Part shown: positions 44,536-52,062 of the stretch, in pieces | Position numbering within the stretch: position 1 is the stretch's first letter | Layout: each line of letters begins with the position of its first letter | Assembly (NCBI GenBank): GCA_041481365.1 | Contig: JBGPBS010000001.1 | Coordinates: 13,063-77,062, forward strand | Direction of reading: 5' to 3' | DNA length: 64,000 nucleotides | Origin: Candidatus Bathyarchaeia archaeon | GTDB taxonomy: Archaea; Thermoproteota; Bathyarchaeia; Bathyarchaeales; Bathycorpusculaceae | Translations under genes and position numbers: made by a program | Notes under the pieces: generated by a model | Databases searched by the model: none | Told to the model about the DNA's origin: nothing | The model's input: the letters and a program-made list of their open reading frames with translations, nothing else

Positions 44536-44915
44536 TTCTTCACCTCTCTCTGCCTCTTGTGATAGTCTTCAATTGCTGCGTGCAACGCATCTGCAGCAAG
44601 GTTTGAGCAGTGCATTTTAATCGGCGGCAAACCGCCTAGAGAATCAGCCACGCTTGCGCGCGTGATCTTCATCGCCTCTTCCAACGTTTTTCCCTTAGCA
44701 ATCTCCGTCACCATGCTGCTGGTTGCAACGGCCGCGCCGCACCCGAAAGTCTTGAACTTGATGTCATCGATACGATTATCCTTGACTTTGATATAGATCG
44801 TCATCATGTCTCCACAAACAGGGTTTCCAACGGTGCCTATGCCATCTGCATCTGGGATTTCTCCCATGTTTCGGGGGTTTCTGAAGTGATCCATAACCTT
44901 TTCGGTATACATCAT
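44532..44915 (-). CDS. iscU: Fe-S cluster assembly scaffold IscU/NifU-like
   Basis: GNPVCGDMM, FKTFGCGAAVA, HCSNLAADAL: the three conserved Cys contexts. Confidence 0.92.
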   Translation of the reverse strand: MMYTEKVMDHFRNPRNMGEIPDADGIGTVGNPVCGDMMTIYIKVKDNRIDDIKFKTFGCGAAVATSSMVTEIAKGKTLEEAMKITRASVADSLGGLPPIKMHCSNLAADALHAAIEDYHKRQREVKK

Positions 44916-46126
44916 CCATTCAGCTCCTTCGGCGTCAACGGGGACATTGCCCTCAGCCTCTTAACGATTCCAGGCATTAAGCCTATTACGTAGTCAACTT
45001 CTTCTTCAGTGTTGTCCTTACCTAAAGAAAACATGAGTGACCCGTGAGCCTCTTCATGTTTGAGACCCATTGCCAGAAGCACATGGGATGGTTCCAACGT
45101 TTTCGCAGTGCATGCTGAACCTGATGAGGCGGCAACTCCCATCATGTCTAGACTGAGCAGCATCGATTCTCCTTCGATGAAGTTGTACCGCACAGAAACA
45201 TTGTTTGGCAACCGTTTGGTCGAGTGTCCATTCAGGAACGAACAGGGTATTGGCTCAAGCAGACCTTTGATCATTCTGTCTCTAAGCCTTAGGAGCCGCG
45301 CACTTTCGACTTGCATTTCTTTGCTTGCGATTTCAGCTGCCTTTCCGAACCCAACTATGCTTGGCAAGTTTTCGGTTCCTGATCTGACGCCTCGTTCTTG
45401 TCCGCCGCCGTGTAGTATTGGCTCAACGCGTATCCCCTCCTTGATGTAAAGCGCTCCCACTCCTTTCGGTCCATACATGTCGTTGGAGGAGAGCGAAAGC
45501 AGATCGATGCCGTCGTTCTTCACATCTATTGGAATTTGTCCGTTTGCCACGGTTGCATCAACATGTAGGTAAGCGTTCTTGCTGTGCACAATCTTGCTGA
45601 TTTCTTTTATTGGTTCAACTGTTCCGATTTCGCCGTTTGCGTACACTATTGTGACTAACGTAGTCTTGTCGGTGAGCTCCCCTTCCAACGTTTCGAGGCT
45701 GACGATGCCACAGTCGTCTACTGGAATAAAGATGACTTCGAAGCCCCTCGTAGTCAGGAATTTGCAAGGGTTAACGACTGACATGTGCTCGACACTCGAG
45801 GTCACAATGCGTGTTCCATGATCCCTATAACGAAGGCAAACGCCTTTGATCGCTAGGTTGTTGCTTTCAGTTGCGCCTGAAGTGAAAATGACGGATTCTC
45901 TCTTTTCCGCGCCGATTAGCCGTGCAACTTTCGCTCTGGCATCTTCGAGGGCTTTCAGGGCTTCTTGACCGAAAGTGTGCAGTGATGATGGGTTGCCATA
46001 AAATGATTGCATAACAGGCAACATCTCTTCCACGACTCGGGCGTCGACCGGTTTCCCCGCTGAATAATCCATGTAAACGCGTTTCTGAGTCGGCATCGTT
46101 ACCCACTCTCGCAGTTTCTTTATCAT
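44912..46126 (-). CDS. iscS: IscS/NifS-family cysteine desulfurase homologue lacking the PLP-binding lysine
   Basis: Collinear with IscS, and the catalytic loop SSGSACTAKTLEPSHVL is present. The PLP site SGHKIYGPKG instead reads SSNDMYGPKG (Asp codon GAC at 45479-45481). Confidence 0.88.
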   Translation of the reverse strand: MIKKLREWVTMPTQKRVYMDYSAGKPVDARVVEEMLPVMQSFYGNPSSLHTFGQEALKALEDARAKVARLIGAEKRESVIFTSGATESNNLAIKGVCLRYRDHGTRIVTSSVEHMSVVNPCKFLTTRGFEVIFIPVDDCGIVSLETLEGELTDKTTLVTIVYANGEIGTVEPIKEISKIVHSKNAYLHVDATVANGQIPIDVKNDGIDLLSLSSNDMYGPKGVGALYIKEGIRVEPILHGGGQERGVRSGTENLPSIVGFGKAAEIASKEMQVESARLLRLRDRMIKGLLEPIPCSFLNGHSTKRLPNNVSVRYNFIEGESMLLSLDMMGVAASSGSACTAKTLEPSHVLLAMGLKHEEAHGSLMFSLGKDNTEEEVDYVIGLMPGIVKRLRAMSPLTPKELNG

Positions 46127-46359
46127 TTCACCTTTCTAATCAATATGCGAACTGCATTCCCGTCTTTGCTTATGCTCACTATTTCTTGCTCCAGGTTTTT
46201 TACGAGGCTCTTTATGTCTTCTTCTGCAGCCGGATCATCGGCCAAAACTTCAAGGATTTCGCCTTTCTTCAATTCATCCAGCTCCATTCTGGTTTTGAAC
46301 ACGGGCTCTGGGCAGTACAAACCGAGGCAGTCTAATTTTCTGTTAGGTTTGGCTGCCAC
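46123..46359 (-). CDS. tusA: TusA/SirA-family sulfur carrier protein
   Basis: LDCLGLYCPEPVFKTR (CPxP motif); 78 aa; ATGA overlap with iscS. Confidence 0.85.
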   Translation of the reverse strand: MAAKPNRKLDCLGLYCPEPVFKTRMELDELKKGEILEVLADDPAAEEDIKSLVKNLEQEIVSISKDGNAVRILIRKVK

Positions 46360-46488
46360 GATCGTTCCTCTCTAGAGACTGCAAAAGGTTAGGATAAAAA
46401 GGTTTTCCGTCAGGATTCCGTTGCAAGAAATCAACTTTCAAGTCAAAAAAGAGGGGGTTAACGTTACAATTCGCGTACAATAAGTGCT

Positions 46489-46800
46489 TCAAGTTTTGAT
46501 TTTTATTGCCTGAGTTGGACACTGTGTTTCGCAAGCCAAGCACTGAATGCAGTCTTTTTCCCTTGCTGGATCAGACTTCTTTTGGGAAGTCGGGTGTCCT
46601 GGCGAATCGGCCCAGTCAAACAATGTAACCGGGCAAACTTCGATGCAAATGCCGTCTCCAGTGCAGACCTCCCAGTCAACTGCCACGTTTGTTCCATGAA
46701 TTCCCAGTTTTTTGGGAGGTTCAACAGGTCCCCACACGTCGTGCCCATTGTGCTGGCCAACCACTTTTCGACTCTTTTGGAAATCAGGATCGATCGGCAA
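46489..46800 (-). CDS. zfx: Zinc-containing dicluster ferredoxin (Sulfolobus/Thermoplasma type)
   Basis: 103 aa. The N-terminal extension VVGQHNGHDVWGPVEPPKKLGIHGT carries the three His zinc ligands. Clusters CTGDGICIEVCP and CIQCLACETQCP. Confidence 0.88.
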   Translation of the reverse strand: MPIDPDFQKSRKVVGQHNGHDVWGPVEPPKKLGIHGTNVAVDWEVCTGDGICIEVCPVTLFDWADSPGHPTSQKKSDPAREKDCIQCLACETQCPTQAIKIKT

Positions 46801-46998
46801 AGCTGTTCACCTGTCCATAACTGAGTAGAGGTCAAGATATTAGACTTTCTGCGAAGGATTTACAGTCTGGCAATGCTAAGAACTGCTCCTCGAAAGCATG
46901 AATGATCATTTACTTCAGTCTTCCAAGGATATGCCTAAGCCTCAAAGACGAAAAAGCATAAGAGTGGTCTACTGACACAATGGCTAAGTGGTGTAAAT

Positions 46999-47610
46999 AT
47001 GGAACAAAGCAAGCTCTACGTTTTGCCTCAACTGCCGTACGGATACAAAGATCTCGAACCCCACATTTCTGAGCAGCAGTTGCAGATACATCATCAAAAA
47101 CACCATCAGGCATATGTCAACGGAGCAAACAACATATTTCAGAAACTCGACAAGGCTCGGAAAGAGAATTCAGATCTTGATATTAAGTCAATCTTGAAGG
47201 AATTGTCATTCAACATAGGCGGTCATCTGCTCCACACACTGTTCTGGACAAACATGGCCTTGGCAAGCAAGAGTGGAAAGCCCGGAGGCGTTTTGGCTGA
47301 TGCTTTGACTAAGGAATTTGGAAGCTTTGACAGGTTCAAGAAGGAATTCACTCAAGCTGCGGTGAGTGCTGAAGGCTCTGGATGGGCGGCTTTGACTTGG
47401 GACAAGCAGTCGAACAGGCCGATCATAATGCAGATAGAGAAACACAACACTAACGTTTACCCCACCTTCAGAATTCTGATGATCCTCGACGTATTCGAGC
47501 ATGCGTACTACATTGACTATAAGAATGACAGGGCCAAGTTCGTGGAAGCATTCTGGAACATCGTTAACTGGAACGAAGTAGGTAAGAGACTCCAAGAAGC
47601 ACAGAAGTAG
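46999..47610 (+). CDS. sod: Fe/Mn superoxide dismutase
   Basis: [40 protein letters not shown]. Confidence 0.93.
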   Translation: MEQSKLYVLPQLPYGYKDLEPHISEQQLQIHHQKHHQAYVNGANNIFQKLDKARKENSDLDIKSILKELSFNIGGHLLHTLFWTNMALASKSGKPGGVLADALTKEFGSFDRFKKEFTQAAVSAEGSGWAALTWDKQSNRPIIMQIEKHNTNVYPTFRILMILDVFEHAYYIDYKNDRAKFVEAFWNIVNWNEVGKRLQEAQK

Positions 47611-47624
47611 CTTCTCCTTTTCCT

Positions 47625-47675
47625 CGTTTTTTGTTTTCTAACACGCGTCGAGCCAATTGCGAAAAAACAAAAACG
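47625..47675. terminator. Bidirectional terminator: imperfect inverted repeat of T/A tracts between convergent genes
   Basis: CGTTTTTTGTTTTC (47625-47638) and GAAAAAACAAAAACG (47661-47675). Gives oligo-T on both strands, the archaeal termination signal. Confidence 0.55.
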
Positions 47676-47725
47676 TAAAGCAATATTAAAAAAACAAGAG
47701 TGGATGGCAAAGCTTTCTCTCAGGG

Positions 47726-47911
47726 TTAGAGGGGTTCAGGATCGCAGAGATTCGAAGAGCTTGCTGCTGCTCGCCCACATTGTCTGCATACCCATTTGGC
47801 GTCTCTGACAAGCTTTTTATACTCGTCCAGCGCCATCCCAGTCTCCACTTTCACACACAAGTGCTTCGAATGATCTGAGTGTGGTCTCTCAAAGAGGGGG
47901 ATATTCTTCAC
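47726..47911 (-). CDS. Hypothetical small Cys-motif protein
   Basis: 61 aa; C-terminal WVCRQCGRAAASSSNLCDPEPL (CxxC...C) suggests metal binding; no assignable family. Confidence 0.5.
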   Translation of the reverse strand: MKNIPLFERPHSDHSKHLCVKVETGMALDEYKKLVRDAKWVCRQCGRAAASSSNLCDPEPL

Positions 47912-48083
47912 CTCCTAATTCGCTGCCCATAGATCTTCTGTCAGCTCCATTCTACATTTACCTTTATCGCGGTCGCCTAAATATCCGTTGGTTTGCGTAT
48001 ATGGGATTAAGGAAGTCGTTTCTTAAATCTGCCTAAGCTTCATTTAAAGTTGCAGCACTCATATCCGAGGTTGAGAGGGTCTA

Positions 48084-48233
48084 ATGGTGGAACTTGACGT
48101 TTTTGTGGTCAGGTCGGGTTCAGGAATGATTGTGGCCGCTCAGGCCGTTGCAAATGCTATGAAAACGGCTTTGCTCAAGTCAGGTTCGATGGGTAAGACA
48201 TGCATAAACCGCGGAGCGCGCGCTTCATCCTGA
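48084..48233 (+). pseudogene. Remnant of a pyridine nucleotide-disulfide oxidoreductase (N-terminal 49 codons)
   Basis: My translation: MVELDVFVVRSGSGMIVAAQAVANAMKTALLKSGSMGKTCINRGARASS, then a stop. Degraded GxGxxG (RSGSGM) and a degraded redox-active GGTC.N.GC.PSK site (GKTCINRGARAS). Confidence 0.5.
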
Positions 48234-48242
48234 CATGTCAGG
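48229..48242. promoter_or_regulatory. Perfect 14-bp palindrome CCTGACATGTCAGG
   Basis: Self-complementary as read. About 110 nt upstream of the Grx-like/FTR gene pair. Confidence 0.4.
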
Positions 48243-48354
48243 GGTTGTCCAAAACGCGTTCGTCAACCTACTAGAAGCCTAGGGCAAACTTTTATTGCCG
48301 GGGTCTCACATTGCACACCAATCGGACAACCACTGAGAAGTGAAGGTGATCAGG

Positions 48355-48639
48355 ATGAAAATAGAAAAAGTGCCTGGAAAAAACAGGAAAAATAAAGTTT
48401 TCCTCTATGCGTTGAGCACATGTGCATGGTGCAAGATGACGAAACAGTTCTTGAAGGACAGTGAAGTTGAGTTCGAATACGTTGACGTTGACCAATGCAG
48501 CGACGAAGAACTGGACACGATCAAGAAGGACGTTCTCGGCAAGGGAGGAAGCCTGAGCTATCCGATAATAGTAGTCAACAATCAGACCCTGATAAACGGC
48601 TTCCGTAAGGACAAGATCAAGGAGACCCTTGGACTTTGA
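48355..48639 (+). CDS. Glutaredoxin-like protein (CxxC thioredoxin fold)
   Basis: VFLYALSTCAWCKMTKQFLKDSEVEFEYVDVD. GGTGAT lies 7 nt upstream of the ATG at 48355. The stop overlaps the next gene's start. Confidence 0.85.
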   Translation: MKIEKVPGKNRKNKVFLYALSTCAWCKMTKQFLKDSEVEFEYVDVDQCSDEELDTIKKDVLGKGGSLSYPIIVVNNQTLINGFRKDKIKETLGL

Positions 48640-49184
48640 TAACGTTGGATAAGGTGAGGCAGAGGGCAGAATCAGACGCCAAGACCTACGGTTATCACTT
48701 AAATCCAGACCAGAAATTTCTCCAAGACCTCTTGGAAGGACTCAAACAGAACGAAGAAAGATTCGGCTATCCATCCTGTCCATGCAGACTCGCATCGGGA
48801 AATCTTGAAATCGACAGAGACGTAATCTGCCCCTGCGACTACCGAGATCCAGACGTTGCGGAATTCGGAGCTTGCTACTGCGCGCTTTACGTTAGAACAG
48901 ACGTATCTGATGGAAAAACACCGGTGCAACCTGTCCCAGAACGTCGACCGTTGGAAAAGCAAACAAGATCATACGCGATCCCTTCAACAACTACTGCTGA
49001 GAAGAAAGCTGAGCTTGGCGCGGCGGCTGCAAAGGAAACTTCAAGAATAGGAAAGAAACTCTGGTACTGCAGGCAATGCGGCTACGTGGTATTCCGCGAA
49101 GACCCGCCATATGTTTGCCCGATCTGCAAAGCAAAAAGGGAAATGTTCGCTGAGATAACCATAGGCATAGAAGAAAGAGGATAG
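48636..49184 (+). CDS. Ferredoxin:thioredoxin reductase catalytic-subunit-like domain fused to a C-terminal rubredoxin-type zinc ribbon
   Basis: FTRc pattern CPCR-x15-CPC-x12-CYC (GYPSCPCRLASGNLEIDRDVICPCDYRDPDVAEFGACYCALY). C-terminal WYCRQCGYVVFREDPPYVCPICKAKREMF. Confidence 0.85.
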   Translation: MITLDKVRQRAESDAKTYGYHLNPDQKFLQDLLEGLKQNEERFGYPSCPCRLASGNLEIDRDVICPCDYRDPDVAEFGACYCALYVRTDVSDGKTPVQPVPERRPLEKQTRSYAIPSTTTAEKKAELGAAAAKETSRIGKKLWYCRQCGYVVFREDPPYVCPICKAKREMFAEITIGIEERG

Positions 49185-49202
49185 CGACTCGCTGTCGGCC
49201 TC

Positions 49203-49352
49203 TTATTTCGTCACTTCTATTTCGATTCGCTTCCAGCCTTTTTTTATTCCTCTGAGCGAAGTCACCGCGCCGGCAATGGTTCCGTTCAGGACCTTCGAAA
49301 CAAACTCGTTTAGCTCTATTTCTTCTCCATCAACCAGGAGTTTGACACCCAA
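49203..49352 (-). CDS. Possible 49-aa ORF (TTG start), hypothetical
   Basis: My translation: (M)GVKLLVDGEEIELNEFVSKVLNGTIAGAVTSLRGIKKGWKRIEIEVTK. Non-random beta-strand-like periodicity. A stop codon lies immediately upstream of the TTG. Confidence 0.3.
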   Translation of the reverse strand: MGVKLLVDGEEIELNEFVSKVLNGTIAGAVTSLRGIKKGWKRIEIEVTK

Positions 49353-49446
49353 TCAAATCACCGCTGGATCATGATTGCCTCATTGAGGGTAAAAGCTTTC
49401 TGTAATACGAGGGCTAGTATCGTACCAGAAGTCAGGTGAAGAGAAG

Positions 49447-50112
49447 GTGAGCAGAAGACCTGGGTTGCTCAATTTGGATGACAAAACTCGAGTGGTCAAG
49501 ATAATCGCGTTGCTTGAGAAAGAGCATCCGGACGCCAAAATAGTGCTCGTCCACAGCAATCCCCTGGAACTTCTGGTTGCAACCATTCTCTCAGCTCAAA
49601 CTACTGATGAGAGAGTGAACATGGTTACGAAGCTGCTTTTCAAGAAGTACAATCGAGCAGAAGACTATGCAGAAGCCGACTTGAAAGAGCTTGAGCAGGA
49701 CGTAAAATCCACAGGTTTCTACAGGAACAAGGCCAAGAACATAAAGGCTAGCGGCAAGATGCTTGTCGAGAAGTTCGATTCGAAGGTTCCGAGGACAATG
49801 GAGGAAATTCTCGAACTCCCAGGGGTTGCCAGAAAAACAGCCAACATCGTCCTATCAAACGCTTACGAGGTAGTTGAAGGAATTGCGGTCGACACGCATG
49901 TCCGCAGGCTCGCTCAGAGGCTAGGCCTAACAAAGAATGACAACCCTGTCAAGATAGAACAGGATTTGATGAGCATAGTTCCGAGGGGTAAATGGATGAG
50001 ATTCACGGATCTTCTGATAGCTCACGGCAGAAGAATATGTACTGCGAAGAAGCCCAATTGCGAAGCTTGTGTGGTGAATGTACTGTGTCCTTCAGCGTTC
50101 AATTTCGGATAG
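49447..50112 (+). CDS. nth: Endonuclease III (HhH-GPD DNA glycosylase with [4Fe-4S])
   Basis: LPGVARKTANIVL helix-hairpin-helix, VDTHV. Cluster CTAKKPNCEACVVNVLC (C-x6-C-x2-C-x5-C). GTG start. Confidence 0.92.
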   Translation: MSRRPGLLNLDDKTRVVKIIALLEKEHPDAKIVLVHSNPLELLVATILSAQTTDERVNMVTKLLFKKYNRAEDYAEADLKELEQDVKSTGFYRNKAKNIKASGKMLVEKFDSKVPRTMEEILELPGVARKTANIVLSNAYEVVEGIAVDTHVRRLAQRLGLTKNDNPVKIEQDLMSIVPRGKWMRFTDLLIAHGRRICTAKKPNCEACVVNVLCPSAFNFG

Positions 50113-50152
50113 GTCAGTACGAGAAAACGATTTTAAGCTAGGTCAATGATAC

Positions 50153-50719
50153 GTGAAGAACGTGAAAAGCTCAATCCGGGTTCTCGGTTTCGCTGGAAGT
50201 CTGAGAAAGGACTCCTATAACAAGTCAATATTGCGCGCAGCCGTCGAGTTGGCCCCAGAGAACATGAAGCTTGAAACCTTTGACCTCGAAGGCATTCCAC
50301 CTTTCAACCAGGATTCCGAAACAGAGCCACCGGCAAGAGTCAGAGAGTTCAAAGCAATGATAAGGGCCGCTGACGCCATTCTAGTTGCCACGCCAGAGTA
50401 CAACTACTCCATTCCAGGTGTTCTCAAGAATGCAATCGACTGGGCTTCAAGACCGTACAAAGGCAATGTTTTTGAAGACAAACCCGTGGCAATCATGAGC
50501 GCCTCTAGCGGCATGCTCGGGGGCGCAAGGGCGCAGTATCATCTGCGCCAAGTATTCGTTTTCCTCAATGCCCACCCGCTTAACAAGCCTGAATTCATGA
50601 TGCCTCTTGCAGATAAGAGAATTGATGAAGGCGGTAGAGTGACGGATGAAGCGGCACAGGAGAAAATTAGAGAATTGCTTAAGGCATTGGTCGCTTGGAC
50701 CGAAAGATTACAGAAGTAG
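50153..50719 (+). CDS. NADPH-dependent FMN reductase family protein
   Basis: VLGFAGSLRKDSYNK, VATPEYNYSIPGVLKNAIDWASRP. Confidence 0.88.
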   Translation: MKNVKSSIRVLGFAGSLRKDSYNKSILRAAVELAPENMKLETFDLEGIPPFNQDSETEPPARVREFKAMIRAADAILVATPEYNYSIPGVLKNAIDWASRPYKGNVFEDKPVAIMSASSGMLGGARAQYHLRQVFVFLNAHPLNKPEFMMPLADKRIDEGGRVTDEAAQEKIRELLKALVAWTERLQK

Positions 50720-50759
50720 AGCGGGAAGAATGAACTGCTTCACAGCTTGATGGGCAAGG

Positions 50760-51140
50760 CTACGATGGAAGGAGATCTATTAGCGCGAAATATGATGCGA
50801 AGTATATTCCAACGATCATGAATATGATTCCGAGAATTACTATTGTGATTCCGAGGTTTCCTTGTTCCTTTCTCCATGCGTATGCTCCGAGAATTATCGC
50901 CACTGAACCGGATATTTCGGGCACAATGAATAAACTCAGAAAAGCACTGACGAACCCGAAGAGGGCATATGTTCTCGTCGAATCCTTTACTGGTGTATAT
51001 GACTTGGGCGATTGGGATGGCGTCGATTGAGGCGGTTGAGTTGCGGCGAGTCGTTGCAGTAGTGGAATGCTGCCATGCTTGCTGCAGAAGGTGGCGTCCT
51101 CATTGATTGATGTGTTGCTTTTTGAACGACTGGACATGTT
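50760..51140 (-). CDS. Small membrane protein (two C-terminal TM helices, disordered N-terminus)
   Basis: ALFGFVSAFLSLFIVPEISGSVAIILGAYAW...ITIVILGIIFMIVGIYFASYFALI. The start is uncertain: the ORF extends to 51251, and the internal ATG at 51140 is used here. Confidence 0.5.
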   Translation of the reverse strand, partial: NMSSRSKSNTSINEDATFCSKHGSIPLLQRLAATQPPQSTPSQSPKSYTPVKDSTRTYALFGFVSAFLSLFIVPEISGSVAIILGAYAWRKEQGNLGITIVILGIIFMIVGIYFASYFALIDLLPS

Positions 51141-51228
51141 TTCACTTGGTTCTCCCGAAGTGATTCTTGTCTCGCGCGCGCACAAGGAAACAAGCAGGTC
51201 AAACGTTACTGTGGCAACAATCTGTGGC

Positions 51229-51456
51229 TCAACTACTTTTGTGGCCGGCATAATCCCAACGCTGACCTATTTGCTGTTGCCTAAGTCTTTCAACAGTGTT
51301 ATGTCTTTGGTCATAGTTGCGGCAGTCGTAGGTGTATCCCTGGTTCGATGCAGATTAAGAAGAGCGAAGGTTCACTGGAAGGTAACGCTGTTCCAAACAG
51401 TTGCGATAGTGATAATTGCAACTGTCGCTTCACTAATAGTCGGGAGTATCACGTAG
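51229..51456 (+). pseudogene. C-terminal fragment of a VIT1/CCC1-family iron/manganese transporter
   Basis: TTFVAGIIPTLTYLLLPKSFNSVMSLVIVAAVVGVSLVRCRLRRAKVHWKVTLFQTVAIVIIATVASLIVGSIT resembles the last two TM helices of VIT1 proteins. I found no N-terminal part in any frame upstream. Confidence 0.4.
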
Positions 51457-51512
51457 ACCCGAATGCCCGCCAGCACACGACCGCTAGTCCAACGTCCTCA
51501 TGGCTTGACCTT

Positions 51513-51956
51513 TCAGAACAGGCGCTGATGCTCCAGTCTCATGCATCGGCCCATGATGACTATCAAGCCTGCTTTTCGAGCCAATTCTGCTGCTTGTTCG
51601 TTGATTATTCCAAGCTGCATCCAGACAACCCGCAACACGCCGTATAGCTTTTTCATCTGAACAGCCTGTTCAACTATTGGAGGAACATCTTCAGACCGCC
51701 TGAAAATGTCAACGATCTCGACAGTTTTCTGCATTTCCATAGGCATATCCAAAAGACTCTTGTAGCTCTTTTCGCCCAGGACCTCGGGGACGAAAGGGTT
51801 TACTGGAAAAATGTGAAAACCATGGTTCTTCAAATACTCTGCCACAACGTGGCTCGGTCTCGTCGAATCGTTCGATAAGCCCACGATTGCGATATTCCTG
51901 TATTCTGAGAGAATCGTCCTCAGGATATCTTCGCTCGGGTTTTCACTAGACTGCAT
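51513..51956 (-). CDS. CoA-binding domain protein (YccU/YneT-like)
   Basis: NIAIVGLSNDSTRPSHVVAEYLKNHGFHIFPVNP. Confidence 0.8.
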   Translation of the reverse strand: MQSSENPSEDILRTILSEYRNIAIVGLSNDSTRPSHVVAEYLKNHGFHIFPVNPFVPEVLGEKSYKSLLDMPMEMQKTVEIVDIFRRSEDVPPIVEQAVQMKKLYGVLRVVWMQLGIINEQAAELARKAGLIVIMGRCMRLEHQRLF

Positions 51957-52062
51957 GCAAGCAACTTCCTTTAATCAGACAGTTGAACGATAGTCTCTTA
52001 AATTGGCTTTGTAGAAGAAGGCTCTCGCATCCCTTCGAGCTAAGTGTCAAGAACGTCCTCGG

